A stretch of DNA of 63,996 bases, filler included, from a bacterium (lineage in GTDB: Bacteria > JAMORN01): the NCBI GenBank assembly GCA_027063545.1. It is 16 parts of 16 records of this genome, joined end to end, with 100 filler letters (N's around TTAATTAATTAA, not from the genome) between each part and the next. Parts side by side here need not be neighbours in the genome. Positions count along the whole stretch, not along the records: positions 48,941 to 52,816 come from JAMORN010000248.1; positions 52,917 to 56,788 come from JAMORN010000249.1; positions 56,889 to 60,751 come from JAMORN010000250.1; 13 more parts are not named here. One strand, 5' to 3'. Shown in pieces: positions 51,689-60,851 of this stretch. Each line of letters starts with the position of its first letter. Position 1 is the first letter of the stretch. The translations under genes and the position numbers were made by a program. The notes under the pieces were generated by a model. That model saw nothing but the letters and a program-made list of their open reading frames with translations, searched no databases and had not been told where the DNA came from.

Positions 51689-52816
51689 ATGTTAAAAATT
51701 AAAAAATTATTTATTTTTTCTTTGATTATTATAGAAAGTTTTTTATTCCAACAAAAAAATATTATGGCGAATATTATTATAAGTAATTTTGATGATATTG
51801 GAACTGTAAGTGATTGGGAAGATAAAGGTGGATCAAGTGGAATTACTGATATCTCTTTGTATAACTTTAATGGTAATAATGTACTCAAGGTTACAGCTTC
51901 AAATATTCCTTCATCTGAGTGTATTGTTGGGACATACAATCTTCCTACAGAAGCTAAAAATTGGAATAATGTTAAATACATAAAAGCAAAAATATTTATA
52001 CCTTCATCATCTATACCTGATTACTATAATGAATCCGCAGCTCTACAAGCAAGATTTTATATAAAAACAGGTTCATCTTGGCAATGGGCTGCTATGAAAG
52101 GGAAAGGTGAGGCTGGAATGATTGCTCTTGCTCCCAATAAATGGACTACTATTGTTGGATTTCCATGGGAGTTTAAAAAGACTGATGGATCTACACCTAA
52201 CTTTTCTGATGTTAGAGAGATAGGTATTCAAATATACGCATATAACACTAATTATAGCGGAGATATATATATTGATGATATCGAAATAATTACTGAACCT
52301 TATAGCTATTCTAATGTGCAGAATGCTGTAGGATTCAAAATAAAGGGTACTACTATTCTAGATTATAATAATAGTCCATTCTTGATAAGAGGTGTAAATA
52401 ATCCACATATTTGGTTTCAAGAAGCCGATAATGCTTTATATGAAATAAAAAAAACCAATGCTAATGCAGTAAGAATTGTATGGGGAACAGCAGATAATCC
52501 GTATGATGTAAATAGATTAAAACTAGCAAAGGTGGAAAGACTTGATTCTATTATTAGTAAAACCCTAGCCTTAAAAATGATTCCAATTGTTGAATGGCAT
52601 GATATTACCTATTTATATTCACCTGGTGCTGATATATATAAAATAACTGATGCTGCAAATTATTGGGTAAGTGATTCAGTTTTTCCTATTATAAAAAAAT
52701 ATGAAAAATATTTAATATTAAATATAGCTAATGAAGCAGGAAACTGGAAAACCACACCAGAAGAATGGGCAGATAATTACAAACAGGCCATTGATATAAT
52801 AAGAAGCGCTGGATTT
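51689..52816 (+). CDS. Secreted GH5 (subfamily 8-like) beta-mannanase with an N-terminal carbohydrate-binding module, 3'-truncated
   Basis: Signal peptide; jelly-roll CBM-like region (FYIKTGSSWQW, VREIGIQ, IYIDDI); GFKIKGTTILD...RGVNNPHIWF, NAVRIV, EWHD, acid/base NIANE. Confidence 0.85.
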
Positions 52817-52916
52817 NNNNNNNNNNNNNNNNNNNNNNNNNNNNNNNNNNNNNNNNNNNNTTAATTAATTAANNNNNNNNNNNNNNNNNNNNNNNNNNNN
52901 NNNNNNNNNNNNNNNN

Positions 52917-53148
52917 CAGCCCCATTTACATGACAGGCAGTCCCTTTACATACTTTTATATGATTTTTTCCTGGTGCACCTAATTTGAAATACTTATAAA
53001 AGGTTAAAATTCCTATAATATCAGATTTTGAAAGACTAAATTTCTCTTGTCCTTTTTTAATATCATACTCATCAATATAACCTTTTTTGTTTTGAATCCC
53101 TTCGAAAAATCCTAGAATCTCTTTTCTACTGTATGCGTTTTTTTCCAT
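52917..53148 (-). CDS. NuoE/HydC-like [2Fe-2S] subunit of an NADH-dependent oxidoreductase or hydrogenase, 3'-truncated
   Basis: IQNKKGYI...GILTFY..F...PGKNHIKVCKGTACHVNGA. Confidence 0.85.
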
Positions 53149-53178
53149 AATAGAAAAAAATATAACTTTTTTTTATAT

Positions 53179-53218
53179 AAAAAAAAAGCCCCTCTCCCAA
53201 GTATTTGGAAGAGAGGCT
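53179..53218 (-). terminator. Intrinsic terminator after the outer-membrane protein gene
   Basis: Minus strand AGCCTCTCTTCCAA-ATAC-TTGGGAGAGGGGCT followed by a long T tract. Confidence 0.85.
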
Positions 53219-53249
53219 GTTAAATCTATATCAGTAACTTCTTATTTAA

Positions 53250-54446
53250 CTAAAAAAATAGTGTGGAAGAAATTCTTGATTGTATGTGATGTAAACTTCC
53301 AGAAAAAATCTTTCCAAATGTATATGGAACATCTTCAGCAATTACACCATCAAATTTAAGTTTGTCTTCAACATTTAAACCAACTCCAAATCCTACAGCA
53401 TCTTCTGGGAATTTATTACTATTTGGATTTGTAAAGAATTCACTTACAGTATATGAACCAATTCGTTCAGAGTGTTTTCCTATTGTTTTATTACCACCAA
53501 CTCTCATTACAAACCAATCCCACCATACATTTCTTTCAATCCCGAATGATAAAGAAGCATATATATTTTTTGTGTATGCATAAAGAGATGTTGAATCATC
53601 TAGTTGCTTTAACTCTTCCTTAATTCCTTGCACACCTAGCCATAAAAATCCTCTATCAATTAATATATTAGATCCTATTCCACCATACATTTTCTTAGAA
53701 TACTCATATACATTATATTCTATGTTTTGATAGCCCCCAGCTAAAACTAAATCTGAAGCATCATTTAAATCAGTAAAAATTCTTGCATCTACTATTTCCC
53801 CTTTATATACTGAAATTTCATCCCTTCCTGTTTTTGTATCTAAATCTATTCTTGTCATTGTTCCCCCAACACCGATTTCATAATCAATTTTATCATTTAC
53901 ACTTCCAGAGATTCCTAATATAGCAAGTAAATAATTAGCTTCTATTTTTGATGTTAAATTTCCAGCAAAATCTTCTTTTTCATATCTATTACCAGACCAA
54001 TGTAGTCTTAAACCAAGAGTATATTTTTTTAAAGTATAACCTAAAAAGATATCAAGGGGCATAAGTGGCTTTAAATTAATAGAATCAAGTGAATAATCAT
54101 GTAATGTGTCAAATGTATCCCATTTATTTACTATTACTCCTAAACTAAACATTCCTTCTTTATTTTCTCCTTTACCACCAAAACCAATAATCCCACCATA
54201 CCATGGATTTACTGGATCACTATTTTGTAAATAGAAAGATGTACTCTTTGTTGAATCCATGTATGTCCCAAGCTCTCCTATTAACATATTACTATAGTAT
54301 CTTAAATTACCTGGGAATCTGAAAATACTCACTTCATCCATAAAAAATACATCAGTCTTACCCATTGAAATTATTCTTGCTGGGTTAGCCATTACATAAA
54401 CACTTAATATTGCAACAAAAAACCCTGTTAATAATAATTTTTTCAT
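53250..54446 (-). CDS. Putative outer-membrane beta-barrel protein
   Basis: Signal peptide, ARIISMG...D..SIF.FP (FadL-like N-terminal hatch), amphipathic strands, terminal Phe. SD AAAGGAGG. Confidence 0.7.
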   Translation of the reverse strand: MKKLLLTGFFVAILSVYVMANPARIISMGKTDVFFMDEVSIFRFPGNLRYYSNMLIGELGTYMDSTKSTSFYLQNSDPVNPWYGGIIGFGGKGENKEGMFSLGVIVNKWDTFDTLHDYSLDSINLKPLMPLDIFLGYTLKKYTLGLRLHWSGNRYEKEDFAGNLTSKIEANYLLAILGISGSVNDKIDYEIGVGGTMTRIDLDTKTGRDEISVYKGEIVDARIFTDLNDASDLVLAGGYQNIEYNVYEYSKKMYGGIGSNILIDRGFLWLGVQGIKEELKQLDDSTSLYAYTKNIYASLSFGIERNVWWDWFVMRVGGNKTIGKHSERIGSYTVSEFFTNPNSNKFPEDAVGFGVGLNVEDKLKFDGVIAEDVPYTFGKIFSGSLHHIQSRISSTLFF

Positions 54447-54466
54447 ATTTTATCCTCCTTTTTATT

Positions 54467-55093
54467 TTACTTAAATATTTTATTTATAAGTTTTGTTGAT
54501 TTCTCATCCATTATCTCAATTATTCTCTCTGATTGAGCAATTAAAAATCCATGTGTAAATAAAACTGGTACTGCAATAATAAGACCAAATGCCGTAGTTA
54601 CCATTGCTATTGAAATACCATTTGCTAAAGCTTCCGCTCTTTTAGCTGCTTCTACGTTTGCTACAGCATCAAAAGCAATAATGAGACCTATTATTGTCCC
54701 CAAAAGTCCTAAAAGTGTTGCGATATTTGCTATCACATTTAAAAACATGATATTTCTATTTATTTTTGGTAATTCTGTTAAAAATACGATATTTACTTTC
54801 CTTTTTACATAATCCACTCCATAATCTTTATATTTCAATATTGTTCTCAGTATATTCTTTATAGGATTATTTCCTTTTAAAACCTGAAAAGCCTTTTCTT
54901 CATCACCATTTTCTATATGTTTTAAAACTTCATTATATAATTTATTTCCTTTAATACCTGTTTTAATAAACAAATAATATAATCTCTCTAAAACTATTCC
55001 AAAACCAATACCTGCTACAATCATAATTGCCCACATAAATACTCCACCCTGATCCTGAAATGCTTGAACAGTAACCTTAATAAATACTCCCAT
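54467..55093 (-). CDS. MotA/TolQ/ExbB proton-channel protein (AglR-like)
   Basis: GG.FM..I...ERL, IANIATLLGLLGTI.GLI.AF, LANGISIAMVTTAFGLIIAVP. Confidence 0.92.
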   Translation of the reverse strand: MGVFIKVTVQAFQDQGGVFMWAIMIVAGIGFGIVLERLYYLFIKTGIKGNKLYNEVLKHIENGDEEKAFQVLKGNNPIKNILRTILKYKDYGVDYVKRKVNIVFLTELPKINRNIMFLNVIANIATLLGLLGTIIGLIIAFDAVANVEAAKRAEALANGISIAMVTTAFGLIIAVPVLFTHGFLIAQSERIIEIMDEKSTKLINKIFK

Positions 55094-55114
55094 GTTTTTA
55101 ACCTCCCTTCTTTC

Positions 55115-55570
55115 TTACCAATTAATATAGTTTGTAAATTCTCTTTCCATTTGTTCTTTATCTACATTTGCTTTCATTTCATCTTTAAATGATCTTTCTA
55201 TTTTAACACCTTTTAATTTATTATCTTCGTCTTCAAAGATAATAACAGGTTCAATATCTCCTAATTCTCCTAAAACCTGTTCTCCTGTAAATGCCATTGT
55301 TTTACCTATATCTTTTGCCTTTCTAAGAAGTCTTTTCTCAACCCATCCTTTAACTCCAGAATAATGTTTTACATAATACTTATCCCCAGAAGATTTTAAA
55401 ACCTCTACCACTTCCCCTGCTCTTAACTCATAAATAGGCTTTTCATTAAGTTTTCTTGTTTTGTTTTTATAAATTCTAACCCCATCTTTTACTGCTTCAG
55501 CAGCCCATCCAAACACCATATTAATAGTAATAAAAGTTATTAAAATCATAAATGCTAATACCCTTTTCAT
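55115..55570 (-). CDS. Secreted SH3b-domain protein with GltF/CglF-like C-terminus (paralogue 2)
   Basis: Signal peptide; L.AGEVVEVL...YYV....VKGWV SH3; tail F.GEQVLGEL.DIEPVIIFED...IERSF. Confidence 0.6.
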   Translation of the reverse strand: MKRVLAFMILITFITINMVFGWAAEAVKDGVRIYKNKTRKLNEKPIYELRAGEVVEVLKSSGDKYYVKHYSGVKGWVEKRLLRKAKDIGKTMAFTGEQVLGELGDIEPVIIFEDEDNKLKGVKIERSFKDEMKANVDKEQMEREFTNYINW

Positions 55571-55579
55571 CCTTTCCTC

Positions 55580-56050
55580 CTATTTCTTCCTTAAATAAGT
55601 ATAATAAATTTCTATGTATTTTTCAAAACTTTCTTTATCTATATTACAAACGAATTCTGAGGTCATAAAACTTCTTTTAATATATTTATAATATTTTTTA
55701 CCTGTTTCATAATCTTCAAAAATTAAAATAGGTTCTATATCTTTTAATTCAGATATCACCTCTAGTTCATTCATTATCATATTTCTAATATCTGACATCT
55801 TTCTTATTTTCTTTAAACTAATCCATCCTTCTTTGTTTTTAAATCTAATTTTTGCTCTACCATCTACTTTTTTTAGTACTAGAATTACATCACCTTTAGA
55901 TAATGTAAAAGCAGGTAAAGGATTCTTTTTATAATTATACTCTTTATAAACATTCGCTTTTTCAGTAACTTCATAATATAATTTATCTTCTGCTCTTATA
56001 TTTGTAACCATTATTATTCCTACCATAATAATAAAAATTATCCTTTTCAT
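55580..56050 (-). CDS. Secreted SH3b-domain protein with GltF/CglF-like C-terminus (paralogue 1)
   Basis: Signal peptide; LSKGDVILVL...KIRF.NKEGWI SH3; tail EVISELKDIEPILIFED...IKRSF...NIDKE shared with the neighbouring gene. Confidence 0.6.
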   Translation of the reverse strand: MKRIIFIIMVGIIMVTNIRAEDKLYYEVTEKANVYKEYNYKKNPLPAFTLSKGDVILVLKKVDGRAKIRFKNKEGWISLKKIRKMSDIRNMIMNELEVISELKDIEPILIFEDYETGKKYYKYIKRSFMTSEFVCNIDKESFEKYIEIYYTYLRKK

Positions 56051-56061
56051 ATTTATCCTCC

Positions 56062-56104
56062 TAGTAGGGGTTTATTATTATAATTTATAGGCCAACCCCT
56101 ACTA
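56062..56104 (-). promoter_or_regulatory. Intergenic 11-bp inverted repeat abutting the SD
   Basis: TAGTAGGGGTT (56062-56072) / AACCCCTACTA (56094-56104). On the minus strand it is followed directly by GGAGGATAAATATG. Confidence 0.55.
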
Positions 56105-56127
56105 TTTATTATAATCAATAAATGCAA

Positions 56128-56788
56128 CTATTTCAATTCTTCTTCTAATTGTTGCAATTCTTTTAACTGCTCTTCTTGTTTTTGCTGCTCTTGTTTTTGT
56201 TTCTTAATTAATTCTTCTTTTTTCTTTTGTTGTAATCTTGTTAAAGCATTTGCTTTAGCAAATTCTGCCTCTCTAATTATTTTATCTCTACTCTTTAAAA
56301 ACTTCTTAATATTTTCTATCTCAATCTTATATAACATATAATCCTTTATCTTACTATCAAATTCATCATATTGAGATTTTAAATCCAACTTTTTCTGTTC
56401 AATATTAGGAGTTAACCTCTTTAAAGCTACTTCTTTAAGTTCATCTTGAAAATCCATAAACTTATCCATTAATTCTTTAAACTCTAATTCTTTCTGCTTT
56501 ACCTCTTCCTCATCAATCTTCATACTATTTGCTAAATTTATAGCATTTTCGTACTCTTTAACAGCTTCTTGCACATTATCATCCAAATGATCAGCATAAC
56601 CCTTTATAAGCCAAGCTTCAGGAACAAAACGGGACTTAGGATATTTATTAATAATCAAATCAGCGTAAGTCTTAGCTTCTTTTGTTCTCTTATATTTTAA
56701 AAATCCCCATGCCAATCCTAAGAGAGCCTCATCATAGAATGGACAATCCTCTGTAACAAGTAAATACTGTGCTAAAGCTTCTTTAACC
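56128..56788 (-). CDS. TPR / coiled-coil protein, 5'-truncated
   Basis: Frame open to the contig end (FYDEALLGLAWGF...YPKSRFVPEAWLIKGY), followed by a long Glu/Gln/Lys coiled coil. Confidence 0.7.
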
Positions 56789-56888
56789 NNNNNNNNNNNN
56801 NNNNNNNNNNNNNNNNNNNNNNNNNNNNNNNNTTAATTAATTAANNNNNNNNNNNNNNNNNNNNNNNNNNNNNNNNNNNNNNNNNNNN

Positions 56889-57545
56889 GATATGATGGAT
56901 ATTGCTGAGAGATTGATCACTTATGTGGCAGAAAAAGTACTAGGGACTTTAAAAATTAAATATAGAAATAAAGAAATAGATTTAACACCTCCATGGAAAA
57001 AAATAACAATGTATAATGCTTTAAAAGAATATGCAAATATTGATGTTGAGAATATGTCTATAGAAGAGTTAAAGGATAAGGTGGAATCATTAGGTATAGA
57101 AGTAAAAGCTTATATGGAAAGGGGAGAGTTAATAACTATATTATTTGAAGAATTAGTTGAGGAAAAACTAATAAATCCTACTTTTATTTTAGACTATCCA
57201 ATAGAAATATCTCCACTCACAAAAACTCATAGAAAAAAACAGGAGCTTGTTGAGAGATTTGAGCTTTATATAAATGGTTGGGAGATTGGAAATGCTTATA
57301 GTGAGTTGAACGATCCAGAAGAGCAATATAAAAGGTTTTTAAAACAATTAGAAAGAAGAGAAAAGGGAGATGATGAAGCTGAAATGTTGGATAAAGATTT
57401 TATAATGGCTTTAGAATATGGAATGCCACCAACAGGGGGTCTTGGAATAGGAATTGATAGATTAATAATGATATTATTAAATCAATATTCTATTAGAGAT
57501 GTTATTTTATTCCCTCAAATGAGACCAAAAAAGGAAGAGGATTAG
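56889..57545 (+). CDS. lysS: Lysine--tRNA ligase (class II), 5'-truncated
   Basis: YPIEISPL, ERFELYING.EIGNAYSELNDP, LEYGMPPTGGLGIGIDRL, IRDVILFP. Confidence 0.97.
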   Translation, partial: DMMDIAERLITYVAEKVLGTLKIKYRNKEIDLTPPWKKITMYNALKEYANIDVENMSIEELKDKVESLGIEVKAYMERGELITILFEELVEEKLINPTFILDYPIEISPLTKTHRKKQELVERFELYINGWEIGNAYSELNDPEEQYKRFLKQLERREKGDDEAEMLDKDFIMALEYGMPPTGGLGIGIDRLIMILLNQYSIRDVILFPQMRPKKEED

Positions 57546-57551
57546 ATTTAG

Positions 57552-58811
57552 ATGATAGGGCAGAATATAGAAAATTTTATTGCTAAAAGATACTTTTCAT
57601 TAAAGAAAAAGGATAGTATAATAAGTTTAATTATAAATGTTTCTATTGCAGGGGTTATTTTAGGAGTTGCGGCTTTAATTATAGTATTATCTGTTATGAA
57701 TGGTTTTGAAAAAGAGGTTAGAGAGAGGATACTAGGGATAACAGGGCATATTACAATAAAGAATTATAGGTCATTTTATATAGAAAATTTTGATTCTTTG
57801 ATGAAGGTTTTGAGAAGTAATTTTAATAATGATATTATAGGTATAAGTCCATACATATTTTCTAAAGCTGGAATTGCTGCAAGGGGAATACAGGATGGTA
57901 TAATTGTAAAGGGGATAATCTTAAAGTATGATCAAGATGTGGGAGAGTGGCAAAAGTATATAGTTAGAGGATCTTATTCTTTGAGTGATACCCTCTCTAA
58001 TAATGGGAAGTTACTCCCCGGGATAATATTGGGAAAAGGAGTTGCTGACAGACTAGGTGTATTTGTTGGTGATGAGATAGTTTTAATAAGTTTTTCAAGT
58101 AATACAAATTTTTTTGATAATCCTATGCCTATTTTAAAAAAATTTGTTGTTAGGGGTATTTTTGAAAGTGGAATGTATGATTATGATGGAGCTTATGTTT
58201 TTATTAATCTTTTTGAAGCTCAAAAATTGTTTGGGTTGAATAAAAATGAGTGTAGTGGGCTTGAATTGAGAATAAAGGACTATAATAGGGCTGATGAGGT
58301 GGCTCAAAAAATTTCAGATTTTTTTAGATATCCATATTATGCAATTAGTTGGATGACAATACATAAAACTATATTTAAGTGGATGAAAATTGAAAAATGG
58401 GTTATGTTTTTATCATTAAGTTTAATTATTTTAGTGGCAGCTTTTAACATTGTTTCTTCATTAACAATGTTAGTTATGGAGAAGACTAGAGATATAGGAA
58501 TATTAAAAACAATAGGAGTTACAAAAAGACAAATTTATAGAATATTTTTACTTAATGGTTTATTTATAGGAATAATTGGAAGTTTTATAGGAACAATTAT
58601 AGGTGTTTTAATTGTTTATGGCCAAGAGAAATATAGATGGTTATCTTTACCGGGAGACGTTTATTTTTTGACAACTTTACCTGTAGATATAGAAATTACA
58701 GATATCATTTTGGTTAATATTGCAGCTATTATTTTATGTTTAATTGCAAGTATTTATCCTGCAAAGAAAGCATCAGATTTAAATCCTATAGAGGCTATTA
58801 GATATGAGTAG
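57552..58811 (+). CDS. Lipoprotein-releasing ABC transporter permease LolC/E
   Basis: FIAKRY, GVAALIIVLSVMNGF, VAAFNIVSSL.M.V.EK..DIGIL, YPA..A..L.P.EAIRYE. Confidence 0.93.
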   Translation: MIGQNIENFIAKRYFSLKKKDSIISLIINVSIAGVILGVAALIIVLSVMNGFEKEVRERILGITGHITIKNYRSFYIENFDSLMKVLRSNFNNDIIGISPYIFSKAGIAARGIQDGIIVKGIILKYDQDVGEWQKYIVRGSYSLSDTLSNNGKLLPGIILGKGVADRLGVFVGDEIVLISFSSNTNFFDNPMPILKKFVVRGIFESGMYDYDGAYVFINLFEAQKLFGLNKNECSGLELRIKDYNRADEVAQKISDFFRYPYYAISWMTIHKTIFKWMKIEKWVMFLSLSLIILVAAFNIVSSLTMLVMEKTRDIGILKTIGVTKRQIYRIFLLNGLFIGIIGSFIGTIIGVLIVYGQEKYRWLSLPGDVYFLTTLPVDIEITDIILVNIAAIILCLIASIYPAKKASDLNPIEAIRYE

Positions 58812-59484
58812 TAGTATAATAGAAGCAAAAGAAATTTATAAAGCTTTTAATATAAAAGATAAGAAAATAGAAGTATTAAAAGGTATTTCTTTTACTATAA
58901 AGGAAGGAAATTTTGTTTCTATTATGGGGCCATCAGGTGCTGGAAAGTCTACTTTACTTCATATATTGGCAGGGTTAGAAAGTTTAGATAAAGGAAATGT
59001 TATTTATTACAAAAATATCTCTATAGTAGATAAATCACAGGATTTTTTAAGTAAATTTAGATTAGAAAATATAGGGTTTGTTTTTCAGAATCATTTACTT
59101 TTGCCAGAGTTTTCTGCTTATGAAAATATAATAATTCCAGCAATAGCAAAAGGAATAGATGAATATGAATATAAAGATAGAGCTTTATATCTTATGGAAA
59201 GATTAAATATTATAGATAGAAAAAATCATTTTCCATCAGAATTATCAGGGGGAGAAAGACAGAGAGTTGCTATTGCAAGAGCTTTGATTAATAATCCTAA
59301 AATAATATTTGCAGATGAGCCGACAGGTAATTTAGATAGAAAGAATTCATTTGAATTGATGGATTTATTTAAAGATATTTCAGAAAGTTTTAATTTAACA
59401 GTTGTATATGTTACTCATGATGAAGAAATCTCTAAATTTGCTGAAGAAGTATATTATCTTATAGATGGGGTAATAAGAAATTAA
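58804..59484 (+). CDS. lolD: Lipoprotein-releasing ABC transporter ATPase
   Basis: GPSGAGKST, GFVFQ.H.LLPEF, LSGGERQRVAIARAL, ADEPTGNLD. Confidence 0.93.
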   Translation: MSSSIIEAKEIYKAFNIKDKKIEVLKGISFTIKEGNFVSIMGPSGAGKSTLLHILAGLESLDKGNVIYYKNISIVDKSQDFLSKFRLENIGFVFQNHLLLPEFSAYENIIIPAIAKGIDEYEYKDRALYLMERLNIIDRKNHFPSELSGGERQRVAIARALINNPKIIFADEPTGNLDRKNSFELMDLFKDISESFNLTVVYVTHDEEISKFAEEVYYLIDGVIRN

Positions 59485-59498
59485 AAAAGGAGTGGAAT

Positions 59499-60751
59499 AT
59501 GAATGGAATGTATACAGATAGAGTAAAAAAAGTATTAAAATATGCAAAGGAAAAAGCTAAGGAATTTAAAAGTGATTACATAGGTACAGAACATATTCTT
59601 TTAGCTTTATTAGAAGAGAATTCTGGTATAGCAATAAAAGCATTAAAGAGAATAGGGGTTGATATAAATTTAATGAAAGAAGAGGTTATCAATAAAATAA
59701 TTGAAATTAATAATCTTATGCCATCCTCAAGTAGTTATTCTTCCGATAATGATCTTTTGCCTTTTACTGCTAGAGCTAAAAAACTTCTTGAAAATGCTGC
59801 TCTTATAGCTAGGAAAATGGAATTAAATTATGTGGGAACAGAACATTTACTTCTTGCAATAGCCAAAGACGAAGATAGTCCTGCAGGAGAGGTGTTAAAA
59901 AGTATGGGAGTTACATATGATATTCTAGAAGATACAATTAATGAAATAAAAGTATCTGATACAGATTCAACAAATTTTTATACAGCAAAGAAAGAATTAA
60001 GTCCTATTTTGGCAAATTATGGTAGAGATTTAACTGCTTTAGCGGCACAAAATAAATTAGATCCTGTTATTGGAAGAGAAAAGGAGATAGAAAGGGTTAT
60101 TCAGGTTCTTTCAAGGAGAAAGAAAAATAATCCTGTACTTATAGGAGAGCCTGGTGTTGGTAAAACAGCTATTGTTGAAGGATTAGCACAGAAAATAGTA
60201 AAAAAAGAGATACCAGAAGTATTAGAAAATAAAAGAATATTAATGCTTGATATGGCTAGTATTGTAGCAGGGACAAAGTATAGAGGACAATTTGAAGAAA
60301 GATTGAAGGCTATAGTTAATGAATTACAAAGAGATAAATCTATTATTATTTTTATCGATGAGCTTCATACAATAGTAGGGGCAGGGGGATCAGAGGGGAG
60401 TCTTGATGCTTCTAATATTTTTAAACCAGCTCTTTCTAGAGGAGAAATTCAATGTATAGGAGCAACTACATTTAATGAATATAGACAATATATAGAAAAA
60501 GATGGGGCTTTAGAGAGAAGATTTCAACCTATAATTGTAAATCCTCCTTCTATAGAAGAGACTATAGAAATTTTAAAAGGTTTACAGAAAGAATATGAAC
60601 AACATCATAAGGTTCAATATACTCCAGAAGCAATAGAGGCTGCTGCTAGACTTTCAGAAATTTATATTCAGGGAAGAGCCTTACCAGATAAGGCAATTGA
60701 TGTATTAGACGAAGCAGGTGCTAGGGTTCGTCTTGAAGCAAGAAAATTACC
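59499..60751 (+). CDS. clpC: ATP-dependent Clp protease ATP-binding subunit ClpC, 3'-truncated
   Basis: Two Clp-N repeats (GTEH), LDPVIGR, RRKKNNP, GEPGVGKT, IDELH, LPDKAID. Confidence 0.93.
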
Positions 60752-60851
60752 NNNNNNNNNNNNNNNNNNNNNNNNNNNNNNNNNNNNNNNNNNNNTTAAT
60801 TAATTAANNNNNNNNNNNNNNNNNNNNNNNNNNNNNNNNNNNNNNNNNNNN

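Noticed and set aside
3577-60803. ORF C-termini ending in X-runs and LIN as real sequence or pseudogenes
   Set aside because: These come from translation through the linker; the genes are truncated by assembly, not decayed.
4064-60851. Regularly spaced TTAATTAATTAA repeat every ~4 kb as a biological repeat or array
   Set aside because: It is always embedded in N44 runs and truncates genes on both sides, and contig sizes decrease monotonically. It is an artificial six-frame-stop linker.
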